A stretch of DNA of 59,732 nucleotides from a virus (lineage: Duplodnaviria; Caudoviricetes): positions 1 to 59,732 of IMG/VR virus record IMGVR_UViG_3300025813_000004; one strand, written 5' to 3'. Below, one piece after another: positions 26,830-37,484 of this stretch. Within the stretch, counting starts at the first letter, position 1, and every line of letters starts with the position of its first letter. Position numbers and translations under genes: made by a program. The notes beneath the pieces are model-generated. The model had not been told where the DNA came from. It made no database searches and worked only from the letters and a program-made list of their open reading frames with translations.

Positions 26830-28092
26830 ATGCTGCTATATTATGGCGATAAAATATCTCCTAACATGGTTAAAACTCCCGAAGGATATTTGATATGTAA
26901 GAATGTAAACCTAGGGCGTACTGGAACAATGGATTATCTAGGCAGTGAGTTGCCACAAGAATTTAATTTACCAGCAAATGACATTATTCATGTGTTTAGA
27001 ACTGCTGACAATTTATTTTCAAAAGAAACTATTGCAAGTTTCGAAGGTAAACCAATTACAGATAATCATCCAACTAACAATTTAACAGTTGATACAGCGT
27101 CAGTTGTAGGGCGTGGACATGTACAAAATGTTCATCCCGCTGGCGTTTTTTTAGTTGGAGACTTATATATAACCGATAACGGACTAATTAATCAGATTGA
27201 AAACAACAATAAACGTGAGGTTTCGTGCGGATATGATGCAGGTTGGCGTATGAATGAAGACGGTAAGGTTGAACAAATAAATATTGTTGGTAACCATGTT
27301 GCTGTCGTAAGTTCAGGGCGAGCAGGCCATTCAGTCGCAATTAAAGATTCTAGTCCGGAAATTAAAAAAAATATTGGAGGAAAGAAAATGACAATTACAA
27401 AGAAAATGTTAACGGCATTAGGATTTAAACATTTTGCCGCTGATGCCGAACCAGACGAAATTGCTAAAGCAATGGACGCTATGGGTGGTGAAGAAGCACC
27501 ACAAAAAACTACAGTTGTAAAGGATAACGATATGGATATTCAAAATCAAGAACCTGAGCAGAAAGTTGACCCATTGGTAGAGGTTAATGCAAAAATCGAC
27601 AAATTAGCTACAATTATTCAAGCTCTTGTAGAATCCGACAAAAAAGTACACGAAGAAGCCGGGGCTAAAGAGATAATGGATGAATTGGAAGAAGATTTAG
27701 GAAAACCAGAAAAAGAAGAAACTTTGGAAGATGAAATTAACGAAACTCCAGAAGTACAAGAAGCTGAAAAAGAAAATAAAACAGAAGAACATGTTTTTGC
27801 TAATGATGAAGAAGCAGTTAAAAAAATTGTCAAAGATATGAAACCTATTATTATGAATATTAAAGATAAAATTGTGCGTGATGCAGTCGCTAAAGAATTT
27901 GTAAAAACAGTTCGCGATAGTCGTACTACAGGACAAAATGGTTATTCTCAAATTATTAAAAACGCAAATGCATCACGTAAAGCAGCGCAAGATAAAGCAA
28001 CAATGCCAGTAGCAAGTAATTTATATAAAGCAACTGATGCCGCAACAGCATGGGCAAATTACGGTAAAACATTATCAAAGGGGGATAAATAA
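26830..28092 (+). CDS. Capsid maturation protease/scaffold (DUF2213)
   Basis: TPEGYLIC..., SFEGKPITDNHP, REVSCGY, NHVAVVSSGRAG; acidic scaffold tail. Confidence 0.9.
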   Translation: MLLYYGDKISPNMVKTPEGYLICKNVNLGRTGTMDYLGSELPQEFNLPANDIIHVFRTADNLFSKETIASFEGKPITDNHPTNNLTVDTASVVGRGHVQNVHPAGVFLVGDLYITDNGLINQIENNNKREVSCGYDAGWRMNEDGKVEQINIVGNHVAVVSSGRAGHSVAIKDSSPEIKKNIGGKKMTITKKMLTALGFKHFAADAEPDEIAKAMDAMGGEEAPQKTTVVKDNDMDIQNQEPEQKVDPLVEVNAKIDKLATIIQALVESDKKVHEEAGAKEIMDELEEDLGKPEKEETLEDEINETPEVQEAEKENKTEEHVFANDEEAVKKIVKDMKPIIMNIKDKIVRDAVAKEFVKTVRDSRTTGQNGYSQIIKNANASRKAAQDKATMPVASNLYKATDAATAWANYGKTLSKGDK

Positions 28093-28094
28093 TT

Positions 28095-28670
28095 ATGCCA
28101 GTAAGTGTAATTGGAAGAAATTTAGGGCTAGGATTTGCAGGTAAGGTATCTCGTAATCCGTACAATAAAATTAATGCTCGTATGGTAAAGTCAATTTTAG
28201 ATGGTAACGGAGCCGAAACACAACCAGTGATTCCATTTGGTACTGCCGTGTTGACAAATACAGATAATACATATTCAAAATTTGGTGCAAGTGGTTCAGG
28301 AGTATCCGCGTCTACTATGGCAAATTTTGCAGGTATCGCAGTGTCCGAAGTTAAACAAGGCATGACTTATGGCTACGGAGCAAATACAACGACTGGTAGT
28401 TATGAACCGGGGCGTCCTTGTGATGTATTACAAATGGGGACAACTACAGTTATTGTACAATCTGGTACACCTGTAGCAAATGGTCAACTAGGTATTGTTA
28501 CTGTAGCAGGTACTGCGCTTGCAGTCGGTGACTTTACGGCAGAAGCAGCAGGCACAGCAACTGATGGAGCAACTGTTATTGCTGTAACTGGTGCAAAATT
28601 TACATCTGGCAAAATTGATTCCGCGACAGGGATTGCCGAAGTAGTATTGTTAACGCAGTTAAACGCGTAA
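28095..28670 (+). CDS. Capsid cement/decoration protein
   Basis: Between protease and major capsid; IPFGTAV, FAGIAV motifs. Confidence 0.75.
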   Translation: MPVSVIGRNLGLGFAGKVSRNPYNKINARMVKSILDGNGAETQPVIPFGTAVLTNTDNTYSKFGASGSGVSASTMANFAGIAVSEVKQGMTYGYGANTTTGSYEPGRPCDVLQMGTTTVIVQSGTPVANGQLGIVTVAGTALAVGDFTAEAAGTATDGATVIAVTGAKFTSGKIDSATGIAEVVLLTQLNA

Positions 28671-28685
28671 GAGGAGGATAAATAA

Positions 28686-29753
28686 ATGGGTAAAGTTACA
28701 CAATCACAAGTTATGGATGCAATCGCAGCAGCAAAAAGCCAAGGTATTATCGTCCCTTCAATGGGCGCATTTAGCCAAGTTCATGATGCTAGTGGCGGTA
28801 CTGGTACAGGTATGGCGTTTTTAGTAGGTGAACTCGAAAAGCAAGACCCTAGATTATTAGCACCAATGACAAACATTACAGCACCACGTGATATTGATAT
28901 GATTGCAGGTGGCGGATGGGTTGATATTACATCAAACGTATTTGTTCATTATGCAACCACTGGTTCTGACGAGGACGCTATCGGTGCAGGCGAAACAAAC
29001 AATATTCCAGTTTCTACGGCAAATATCAGTAAAGATGTATTTAAAGTGCATACATTCATGGAAAATCTTAAAATTCCAATTTATGACGATTTAAAATTAC
29101 AACAAATTGGTAAATCATTAAGTCAACTCCTTGACGATGGTATACGTTTAAATTTTAATAAAATGCTTGATCGTAACGTATATGTTGGTATTTCTAAAAC
29201 AGGGACATATGGACTTGTAAATAATCCATTAATAACTGCAACAAACGCAGCATTAAATCAAGCCGGTACTTCTCGCTTATGGACACAAAAAACCCCGTTA
29301 GAAATTATGGCAGATATTAATACAGCTATTAATACTACATGGGCGCAAAGTGAATATGATTTAGATGGTATGGCAAATCACGTTTTGATTGACCCTCAAA
29401 ACTTTATGTATATTACAAATGCACCAGCTACTATTGCAGGTTGTAGCAGCATTTTAGAATATGTTCTTAAATATAATGTTGCAACGGCACAAGGAAGAAA
29501 ATTTGAAATTTTTCCTTCAAGATGGTGCGGAGATAATACCGGCGTAACTAAACCGGGTGTTGGTGGTACAAATCGTATGGTAGCATATGTAAAACTACCT
29601 AAACGCGTTAATATTGATTTGCCTGTACCTTTAAGTCGCGTTACGCAAGGCACTAATACTTCTCAAGGAAGTTACGAAACACTATACGCTGGGCAGTTCT
29701 CACAAACTAAAATTCTCGCACCTACAGCGTGTGCTTACTACGATGGAATTTAA
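28686..29753 (+). CDS. Major capsid protein (DUF2184-type)
   Basis: AFLVGELEKQDP, YGLVNNP, WTQKTPLEIMADIN, YYDGI end. Confidence 0.9.
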   Translation: MGKVTQSQVMDAIAAAKSQGIIVPSMGAFSQVHDASGGTGTGMAFLVGELEKQDPRLLAPMTNITAPRDIDMIAGGGWVDITSNVFVHYATTGSDEDAIGAGETNNIPVSTANISKDVFKVHTFMENLKIPIYDDLKLQQIGKSLSQLLDDGIRLNFNKMLDRNVYVGISKTGTYGLVNNPLITATNAALNQAGTSRLWTQKTPLEIMADINTAINTTWAQSEYDLDGMANHVLIDPQNFMYITNAPATIAGCSSILEYVLKYNVATAQGRKFEIFPSRWCGDNTGVTKPGVGGTNRMVAYVKLPKRVNIDLPVPLSRVTQGTNTSQGSYETLYAGQFSQTKILAPTACAYYDGI

Positions 29754-29787
29754 TGTAAATAATTAAAATAGAATAAATGATTGTTAT

Positions 29788-29819
29788 AAGGATGGCTTAA
29801 TTGTCATCCTTAATTTTTT
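29788..29819 (+). terminator. Terminator/attenuator after capsid gene (UUAAUU loop)
   Basis: AAGGATGGC-TTAATT-GTCATCCTT. Confidence 0.7.
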
Positions 29820-29832
29820 AGGAGGAAAATAT

Positions 29833-30153
29833 ATGATTAGTGTTTTAGCAGATAGATGTTTAGCGTTTGACCGTGGAGAAAAAAATAGTCACGGCGTATT
29901 ACAAAAGGTTAATGTAAATATTGGATTTAATGATGTGCCTGATTGGGTTGAAAAAACAGATTATTTCCAAGCGGCATTAAAAGATGGAATTATTCATGTT
30001 GCTAGCAAACATAAAGATGAAGATGCTGTAAAGGCATTAGAAGAAAATCAAAAGCTACAATTAAAAGTAAAAGAGTTAGAGGAAGAATTAGAAAAACAGA
30101 AAACAATTGATGAAGTTACTCGTAAAGCAGGACGCCCTAAAAAAGGAGAATAA
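29833..30153 (+). CDS. hypothetical head-completion-region protein
   Basis: VPDWVEKTDYF; GRPKK tail; synteny. Confidence 0.7.
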   Translation: MISVLADRCLAFDRGEKNSHGVLQKVNVNIGFNDVPDWVEKTDYFQAALKDGIIHVASKHKDEDAVKALEENQKLQLKVKELEEELEKQKTIDEVTRKAGRPKKGE

Positions 30154-30156
30154 ATT

Positions 30157-30672
30157 ATGGCTTCATATTACGGAACGCCTGACGCTTCACAAAATCAAAA
30201 TATTATCACAACAGCATCAAATATCATTGACGGTACTAACCCAACATATGAATTAACAGATTTTTATGCTAGTTATCCAGCATATGCTCCTCGGACAGTA
30301 AATATTACAACAACATATCTAGTTGATCCATTGGTTATTCAAATGTATATAGATTTAGCAACAGCATGTGTTAAACAAGCAAGATATCATAGCTATTGGA
30401 AAAACTGTATGGGTTGGTTTGTAGCTCACTTTGTTACGTTATATTTACAATCAGTAACAAATGCGAATAGTACAGCAGCACAAGTTATAGCGGCAGGAAA
30501 AGCAAAAGGTCTTGCTACAAGTAAAAGTGTTGGGGATGTATCTGCTGGATATGACCACGGTTTGATTGGCAATGATTTAGATGGATGGTGCCAATGGAAG
30601 TTAACTATATTTGGCACTCAGTTTGCTTCAATTAGTAAATTGTTAGGTCGTGGCGGTAGCTACATATGGTAA
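30157..30672 (+). CDS. Head-tail adaptor (DUF4054-like)
   Basis: FVAHFVTL, SKSVGDVSAGYD, WKLTIFGTQF. Confidence 0.85.
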   Translation: MASYYGTPDASQNQNIITTASNIIDGTNPTYELTDFYASYPAYAPRTVNITTTYLVDPLVIQMYIDLATACVKQARYHSYWKNCMGWFVAHFVTLYLQSVTNANSTAAQVIAAGKAKGLATSKSVGDVSAGYDHGLIGNDLDGWCQWKLTIFGTQFASISKLLGRGGSYIW

Positions 30673-31232
30673 ATGTAACTTCATCTGGCCCCGGATTAGA
30701 AAAAATAAAATCAGATATGGCTAAATTGATGAAAACAGACGTATACGTTGGCATACCACAAGAAAAATCATCACGCCAAGGCGATAAAATAAATAATGCT
30801 GAACTTGCATTTATACATACAAATGGTGCCCGGGCAGTTAGTATGCGTCAAGAAATGCAACCTAATTTAAATAGCGGCATGGCATACTCACAAGCGCATC
30901 AATTATATGTTCAAGAGCATGGTTCTGAATTATGGCAAATACCACCACGACCAATTATTGAACCAGTCATCAAAAAAAATAAAGATTTAATTGGTGATTA
31001 TATGAAAGAAGCTAGTCAATTAATACTAAGCGGTAATCCTGAAACAGGAAAAGCAAAACTTGAAGAATTAGGCTTACGAATGGCAACAAAAGTTAAAGAG
31101 AACTTTATTAGTCCTGAAAATGGTTGGGCACCAAATGCGCCATCTACAATTGCAGCTAAGGGATCAGATAAACCGTTAATTGATACGACAAGCCTAATGA
31201 ATTCTATAACAAGTGTGGTGGCTGACAAATGA
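30666..31232 (+). CDS. Neck/tail completion protein
   Basis: IPPRPII, PNAPSTIAAKGSDKPLIDT. Confidence 0.8.
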   Translation: MVNVTSSGPGLEKIKSDMAKLMKTDVYVGIPQEKSSRQGDKINNAELAFIHTNGARAVSMRQEMQPNLNSGMAYSQAHQLYVQEHGSELWQIPPRPIIEPVIKKNKDLIGDYMKEASQLILSGNPETGKAKLEELGLRMATKVKENFISPENGWAPNAPSTIAAKGSDKPLIDTTSLMNSITSVVADK

Positions 31233-31618
31233 TAAATGTAGAAGAATTAATTTATGATGAAGATTTTAGCCAAACATATACAGTCTATCGTGAAACATGT
31301 ACATGGTCAGGCGGTCGCCCTGTCACGGTAGAAAACACATTAACTTATACTGGAGTAATTACAGCAGCAACGCCAGAAGAATTAATTATACTACCAGAAG
31401 CTGATAGAATAAGTGGTGCAACGACATTTTATAGCGGTTCGGAATATCCATTATATACAACTCGTTTATCATCAACAACAAATACAGATTCAGATGGTCA
31501 AGATGGTACAAGCGATCAATTAGAATGGCATGGAATGAGATATAAAATTGTTAAAGTATGGGCTTATGTTGATTATGGATATTGGAAAGCACTTGCAACA
31601 CGGATGGAGGGGGCTTAG
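31229..31618 (+). CDS. Head-closure protein
   Basis: LPEADR, DQLEWHGMRYKI; synteny. Confidence 0.7.
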   Translation: MINVEELIYDEDFSQTYTVYRETCTWSGGRPVTVENTLTYTGVITAATPEELIILPEADRISGATTFYSGSEYPLYTTRLSSTTNTDSDGQDGTSDQLEWHGMRYKIVKVWAYVDYGYWKALATRMEGA

Positions 31619-32170
31619 TTGGCTGATATATTTCTAAAACGAACTGAATTAGAAGATTTATTTTGGAATGTAACTGAAAAGTTGATTAGTTTTGATCCAA
31701 CACTCCAAGCAAATGCAAATAAAGTTAGGATTGCATGGCCTACTGGTGGTGCTCCTGCGTGGAAGATTAACGATGATGTTACTTTTATTCGGATTGGGGA
31801 TGCTGATGATCCATTAAATATTCCTAGAGATACAACATCTACACCAATTAATAGTTTAACTACAACATTATCAACGACTTATACGAGAGTATTAACGGTA
31901 CATTGGTCTTTATACGGTCCTAATTCATACGATAATGCATTTCTAATAAGAAATAATTTATATAATCAATCCATACATGACCAGTTAGCAAATAGTAACA
32001 TTTATATTATAACCGAAATATCAACCCCTATTCGCTCTCCTGAATTACGCGCAGACCAATGGTGGGAACATACTTCAATGCAAGCGACATTCAACGAATA
32101 TATCAAAATTGATAATGTGGCTAATTTAATTACAACGCCTGTTATTATAACGAAAACTACAACAATTTAG
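31619..32170 (+). CDS. Tail terminator/neck protein
   Basis: Synteny before sheath; YGPNSYDNA motif. Confidence 0.7.
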   Translation: MADIFLKRTELEDLFWNVTEKLISFDPTLQANANKVRIAWPTGGAPAWKINDDVTFIRIGDADDPLNIPRDTTSTPINSLTTTLSTTYTRVLTVHWSLYGPNSYDNAFLIRNNLYNQSIHDQLANSNIYIITEISTPIRSPELRADQWWEHTSMQATFNEYIKIDNVANLITTPVIITKTTTI

Positions 32171-32184
32171 AAAGAGGTGATATC

Positions 32185-33672
32185 TTGTCTACTTTAAGTT
32201 TAAACGAAATCGTCAAAGTAACGATTAACTTATCTCCATTATCGGCGGTAAGAAATGCCTTTAACCTCGGATTAATTATCGGAACATCAACAGTTATTCC
32301 GGCTTTAGAAAGAGTACGCAAATATACAAGTACTACAGAAATGATAGAAGATGGTTTTCCGCTATCTAGTCCTGAGTATATTGCGGCAAGTATATTTTTA
32401 TCGCAAAGTTTAGTACCAACTTATGTTTATATTGGCCGTCAAGATTTAACTGCATCAGAAACGCCACTACAAGCCGTAGAAGCGTGCAGATTAGCGAACT
32501 CAGATTGGTATTTATTAAATTTTGCAAACGTAATCCCCAAAGCAGACATTTTAGCAATTGCTGGATACATTGAATCGACAACACCTTCAAGCGCATTTTT
32601 TTATACGACGCATGACGCTGATGCTCTTAGTGGAGCGGCTGGAAATGTAGGTATTTCACTGAAAGCACTTAGTTACAAACGTTCTCTTGGCCAATATTCT
32701 ACATATGCAAACGCTACGGCAGGATATGAAACCGGTGACGTTAACGCAGCTATTGATATTAGTGGAGGTACAGCTTCAACATTTAAAATCGCGGTTGATG
32801 GTGATGTAACACCAAAAACAATTGTATTAACATTAGCTAATTGTACGTCTGGTGTAAATATTGCTACTGAAATGCAATACCAAATACGTAGTATTGGTGA
32901 TGGATATTCGGCTGTAAGCGTGGTATTTAACCCAACTACAGTAAATTATATTATTACGTCTGGCACTACTGGCGCGTCATCTTCTGTAGTTGTTACGGAT
33001 GGGGCGACAAATAATGTTGCGACAACGCTTAAAATCGGCGTAGCAAATGGAGCGACCGACACAACAGGTACTACAACTTATGTTCCTTCCACTGTATCAA
33101 TTGCTGGTTATGCCATGGGTGCAAATGATGGCACTGCAAACAGTACCTATACTCTTGCATATAAGCAAGAAGTTGGGATAACTACTGAATCACTCACAAC
33201 TACTCAAGTAGCTACACTTAAGGAAAATAATTTAAATGTGTATATAAATCGTGGTAGCCAATACAACTTGTTTGAACAAGGTCACATGGCTAATGGGACT
33301 AGTTTTGATGAATTAATTAATTTAGATAAATTACAAAACGATATTCAGCTTACTGTTATGGACTTGTTAGTTCAAAACCGTAAAATTGCACAAACTGACG
33401 CAGGAGTAAACCAAATTGTGCATGCACTTAACGTTGTATGCGAAAGCAATGTAACGATTGGATTTATTGCACCGGGCATCTGGAATGCAGCACCAGTTAA
33501 AAATTTAGCTACAGGTGATGTTTTACCTAAGGGCTATTTAATTCAAGCTGATACAGTAGCTAGTCAATCACAAGCAGATCGTGACGCAAGAAAATCACCA
33601 AATATTTATATTGCGATTAAACTTGCTGGGGCTATAGAATTTGTGTTAATTACGGTAGATGTAAATCGTTAA
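32185..33672 (+). CDS. Tail sheath protein (DUF3383-type)
   Basis: SPEYIAA, YKQEVGI, GFIAPGIW, QSQADRDARKSP, KLAGAI. Confidence 0.9.
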   Translation: MSTLSLNEIVKVTINLSPLSAVRNAFNLGLIIGTSTVIPALERVRKYTSTTEMIEDGFPLSSPEYIAASIFLSQSLVPTYVYIGRQDLTASETPLQAVEACRLANSDWYLLNFANVIPKADILAIAGYIESTTPSSAFFYTTHDADALSGAAGNVGISLKALSYKRSLGQYSTYANATAGYETGDVNAAIDISGGTASTFKIAVDGDVTPKTIVLTLANCTSGVNIATEMQYQIRSIGDGYSAVSVVFNPTTVNYIITSGTTGASSSVVVTDGATNNVATTLKIGVANGATDTTGTTTYVPSTVSIAGYAMGANDGTANSTYTLAYKQEVGITTESLTTTQVATLKENNLNVYINRGSQYNLFEQGHMANGTSFDELINLDKLQNDIQLTVMDLLVQNRKIAQTDAGVNQIVHALNVVCESNVTIGFIAPGIWNAAPVKNLATGDVLPKGYLIQADTVASQSQADRDARKSPNIYIAIKLAGAIEFVLITVDVNR

Positions 33673-33700
33673 TTACAATTAGAAATATAATTTTGCAAAG

Positions 33701-33729
33701 CAAGAGCGTTAAAATACGTTCTTTTTTTA
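33701..33729 (+). terminator. Terminator-like hairpin
   Basis: AAGAGCGT-TAAAAT-ACGTTCTTTTTTT. Confidence 0.6.
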
Positions 33730-33754
33730 TGCATTAAATTAAGGAGGTAAATAA

Positions 33755-34192
33755 ATGGGAAAATCTACATATTCGTTTAGCGATATTGTAGGGACAATGT
33801 CTGAGCCAAGCATAGGAGCATATACATTCACTGGACAAGGCATTGGTGAAATGTCAATTACTTATGCTGCAGAACGTACCGTGCATAACGTTGCCGCCGA
33901 TGGTTCACCTATGGTTAGTAAAATAGCTGATAATACAGGAACTTGTACAATTCAAGTACAACAAACATCTGATTTACAAAAATATTTAATTGATTGGTTT
34001 AATTATTTAGTATCGGCCAGTACATCGAGTTGGGCAGATACTACAATCACTATTAAATCTTTGACTATGAATCGTACTCATATTTTGACAGGCGTTTCAC
34101 CTCAAAAAATCGGGGATCAGCCATATCAAGCACAAGGTCAACGTGTTACTTGGGTACTAATGGCTGCAGATGTCCAGACGTTAACATCATAA
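33755..34192 (+). CDS. Tail tube protein (DUF3277-type)
   Basis: TYSFSD, VAADG, IQVQQTS; follows sheath. Confidence 0.85.
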   Translation: MGKSTYSFSDIVGTMSEPSIGAYTFTGQGIGEMSITYAAERTVHNVAADGSPMVSKIADNTGTCTIQVQQTSDLQKYLIDWFNYLVSASTSSWADTTITIKSLTMNRTHILTGVSPQKIGDQPYQAQGQRVTWVLMAADVQTLTS

Positions 34193-34241
34193 TTTTAAGG
34201 GCGGCTTATGTCGCTCTTATTTAATATAAGGAGAATATAAA

Positions 34242-34703
34242 ATGATTCGTGAAGAATGTAAAGAACTTACACTTTCTGATAGGAAGTTTTTAATTGAAAA
34301 ATTTGATGCAATGACTGCTTTATATATAACTTATCAAATTGCGAGCCAAATGCTTCCATGGGGACTTGACAAACAAGTTTCAGGCATGATGCCAAGCGGA
34401 ACACAAGACAATAGAAAAATGATGACAGAAAATGAATTTAAGTCATTAATGAAAAAATGTCTTAGCGTTTGTTATGAAGATTTGCCAGCAGGGCCAGCAC
34501 AAGTAATTCGTAGTAATGGTGGTTGGGGCGTTATGAATATCGAAAAAAATCTAGGGATTGTTTTACCACTAGTAATTAATGCAATTATGTTTAATGTACA
34601 AGGTTTTTTCGAAGGAGGGGCGTTGACGGAATTAAAAGCGAGCCTTGCGGATATCAACCTGCCCGGTGTGTCTATGTCAACGAATTCCTCTACGCCCCTG
34701 TAA
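34242..34703 (+). CDS. Tail assembly chaperone
   Basis: Between tube and tape measure; contains slippery T TTT TTC. Confidence 0.8.
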   Translation: MIREECKELTLSDRKFLIEKFDAMTALYITYQIASQMLPWGLDKQVSGMMPSGTQDNRKMMTENEFKSLMKKCLSVCYEDLPAGPAQVIRSNGGWGVMNIEKNLGIVLPLVINAIMFNVQGFFEGGALTELKASLADINLPGVSMSTNSSTPL

Positions 34704-34840
34704 TGGCTAAAGATTGGGCACAACATGAAGTGTGGGATAGAACATATAGTTTAGATGATTTATTAGATTGGCATGAAATGGCAACAGTTAAAGCAGAAAA
34801 TCAAAAACGATTTAATGCAAGCCAACAGCAGGGGGTGTGA
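34604..34840 (+). CDS. -1 frameshift extension of tail assembly chaperone (G-T type)
   Basis: T TTT TTC at 34604-34610; -1 frame open to 34840 reading ...EFLYAPVMAKDWAQHEVWDRTYSLDDLLDWHEM... Confidence 0.75.
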   Translation, partial: FFRRRGVDGIKSEPCGYQPARCVYVNEFLYAPVMAKDWAQHEVWDRTYSLDDLLDWHEMATVKAENQKRFNASQQQGV

Positions 34841-34843
34841 TAA

Positions 34844-35401
34844 TTGAGTTTTACATCTGTTTTAGGTGGTTTATATTACAAGTTAAAAACATTAGGCTTA
34901 ATTGGAATAACCCCAACAGTATACAGCTTTAGCAATATTAAAGCGTCAATTTCACACCCGTCCACTGGCGCAATATCTACAGATAATGGCGGTATCGGAT
35001 CAATTGGTATATCTATGCTTACAGAACGAACAACACATGATACAGCGGCAGATGGCGGTATATTTATTTTGAAGGTAGATGGAAATAACGGAATAGTTAA
35101 CTTGCAAGTACAGCAAACATCTGAATTACATAGATGGTTGTTACAACTTGCAAGTTTTTTAATGACTCCTACTATTGACCAAAAAGTTTGGACTGAAATA
35201 AATATGTCAATCCAAGATAACAACATGACAACTTTATATAGTTGTACTGGTGGCAGTTTATTAAAGATTCCTGATTTAGTTTTTGCTACAGAAGGACAAT
35301 CCGTAAACTGGATTATTTATTTTGCTGATATTACATTAACGACTACATCTGCATCAACTGATTTATCAAATATCCAAGGAGTCATACGCTCTATATTGTA
35401 A
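34844..35401 (+). CDS. Second tail-tube-like protein
   Basis: VYSFSNI...ERTTHDTAADG...LQVQQTSELHRWL, clearly paralogous to 33755-34192. Confidence 0.8.
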   Translation: MSFTSVLGGLYYKLKTLGLIGITPTVYSFSNIKASISHPSTGAISTDNGGIGSIGISMLTERTTHDTAADGGIFILKVDGNNGIVNLQVQQTSELHRWLLQLASFLMTPTIDQKVWTEINMSIQDNNMTTLYSCTGGSLLKIPDLVFATEGQSVNWIIYFADITLTTTSASTDLSNIQGVIRSIL

Positions 35402-35417
35402 GGAAGGAGGTAAATTT

Positions 35418-37484
35418 ATGTTAGATGTAATAAAAAGTTATTTGGTGTCATTAGGTTTTACGGTTAATGATGCCGAATTTAATAGAGCCACTCAATCGAT
35501 GAATGATTTAAGGAGAACAGTAACCGAGACAACTTCTGGGATGTCAAAACAGTTTGCAGTCGCAGGAGCAGAAATTGTGGGCGTATTAACTGCAATAACA
35601 GGAGCTACAGGAGCACTTATAAAAGAAACTGCCGAACTAGATATGCAGTATCAAAAATTTGCACTTCGTATGTGGATGGCTAAAGACTCAGCAAAAGACT
35701 TACAGGTCACATTAAAAGCCATGGGTGAGTCGGTTGAAGATGTTGCATGGATACCTGAACTTAGACAACAATATTTTCAATTGATCAATCAAGGGAATCA
35801 AATAAAAACCCCGGGTGATGCTGGCGAACAACTTAAATATATAAGAAGTATTATATTTGAGTTTACACGGCTTAAATTAGAAGTTAGTTATGCGGCTGAA
35901 TGGATTAGTTATTACTTGATTAAATATTTATCTGAACCACTTGCCAAAATAAAATTAAGCATGCAAGGATTTAATGAGTGGATAGTTCAAAAAATGCCAG
36001 AATGGACTAATAAAGTAGCAAAAGTATTATCTATGATTGTTACTTTATTTATCAATGTAGGAAGATTTATTTACGATGCATTTACAGGCGTAGAAAGATT
36101 TTTTATGGCATTCCCAAAAGGTTTGCGACTTGTCTTAGGTGCCATCACAGCATTGACATTAGCATTTAAAATGAACCCAATATTATTAGCTCTAACAACA
36201 GCTGTATTATTAATTGATGATTTTTACGCCTATTTAGATGGACGTAAAAGTTTAAGATCATTACAGCCAATATGGGCTAAACTTATTGAATGGTCAAAAG
36301 AATTTAATAAATTAATTTTAACAAGCAAAGATAATTTAAGTATTTTTTGGCAAGAATTTTCAAAATCTCCTATATATCAAAGTATGATCGATTCATTGAA
36401 AAATTCGTTTGATGCTTTAAAAGAAGGAATATTAGGACTAAAAGAAATTTTTGGCGAATTTATGGTCGATTTAAGGAAAAGTATTGAAAAAAAAGGCTTA
36501 ATCCCTGAATTTATTATATTTATGCAAACTGCATTTAAAACTGTCGATGATGTTACAAGCTCAATTAAAAAATTAATGACTCAATTACATATTTTATCTA
36601 AAGATACTCAAACTAAAACTTTTATGCAATGGTTTTCAGACGAAATTGCAAAAATAGCTAAAAACACAATGATTTTAGGCGAAGTTTTAGGACATGTATT
36701 TTCTGCAGTAGCAAAGGCCGCAGTAGGTGATGTTAAAGGCGCAACAAAAGAAATGACTCAAGCTATGGTAGGGGTAGTTAGAGGTATAGGCGAGAACAAA
36801 AATTCTATGTTTTTGCTTAGTACCGACAACGGAAAAATAACAAATGATGTTGCTGGACGTGATTTACTTCGCAGGAAAATTGCAATGAAAGAATCCGGTG
36901 GCAATCCACAAGCATATAATGAAAGCGGACAAGCGTTTGGGAAATATCAATTCCAACAGGGAACTTGGAATAGTGCTGCTATTGATGCAGGAAGACCAGA
37001 TTTAGCAGGTATAGACCCAAGAAACGTAGCAGAAGAATATCAAGATTTTGTCGCAATGAATTACATTAATAACCTTATGGATAAATACAATGGAGACGCT
37101 TCGAAAGTTGCAGGTGCATGGTACGCTGGTGAAGGTTCTGCTAATTGGTCAGATGAAGCTAGAAATAGACCGCAAGGAGAATACCCTAGTGTTAATGAGT
37201 ATGCTTATGGCGTTATTCATGGTGGAGCTACAAACGTATCTTATACAGGCATGGCGCAAAACGGCATGAACGCTTTAGCCGGTTCATATGCTCAACCTGT
37301 GCAAAATATTTATAATACTTCTGCTGGCGAAGGTAACGTTATTATTGAAAGTATAAACTTATCATTTGGTGGTACTAATGCAACAGTAGCAGAAATACAA
37401 CAAGCAACAATAGCAGGGGTGCAACAAGCAACTGGTAAAAAAGTAGCTAGACAAACACGCGATATGCAAGGGGTGTTCGCATGA
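35418..37484 (+). CDS. Tape measure protein with C-terminal lytic transglycosylase-like domain
   Basis: IKSYLVSLGF start; KESGGNPQAYN...GKYQF...TW...AWYAG. Confidence 0.88.
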   Translation: MLDVIKSYLVSLGFTVNDAEFNRATQSMNDLRRTVTETTSGMSKQFAVAGAEIVGVLTAITGATGALIKETAELDMQYQKFALRMWMAKDSAKDLQVTLKAMGESVEDVAWIPELRQQYFQLINQGNQIKTPGDAGEQLKYIRSIIFEFTRLKLEVSYAAEWISYYLIKYLSEPLAKIKLSMQGFNEWIVQKMPEWTNKVAKVLSMIVTLFINVGRFIYDAFTGVERFFMAFPKGLRLVLGAITALTLAFKMNPILLALTTAVLLIDDFYAYLDGRKSLRSLQPIWAKLIEWSKEFNKLILTSKDNLSIFWQEFSKSPIYQSMIDSLKNSFDALKEGILGLKEIFGEFMVDLRKSIEKKGLIPEFIIFMQTAFKTVDDVTSSIKKLMTQLHILSKDTQTKTFMQWFSDEIAKIAKNTMILGEVLGHVFSAVAKAAVGDVKGATKEMTQAMVGVVRGIGENKNSMFLLSTDNGKITNDVAGRDLLRRKIAMKESGGNPQAYNESGQAFGKYQFQQGTWNSAAIDAGRPDLAGIDPRNVAEEYQDFVAMNYINNLMDKYNGDASKVAGAWYAGEGSANWSDEARNRPQGEYPSVNEYAYGVIHGGATNVSYTGMAQNGMNALAGSYAQPVQNIYNTSAGEGNVIIESINLSFGGTNATVAEIQQATIAGVQQATGKKVARQTRDMQGVFA

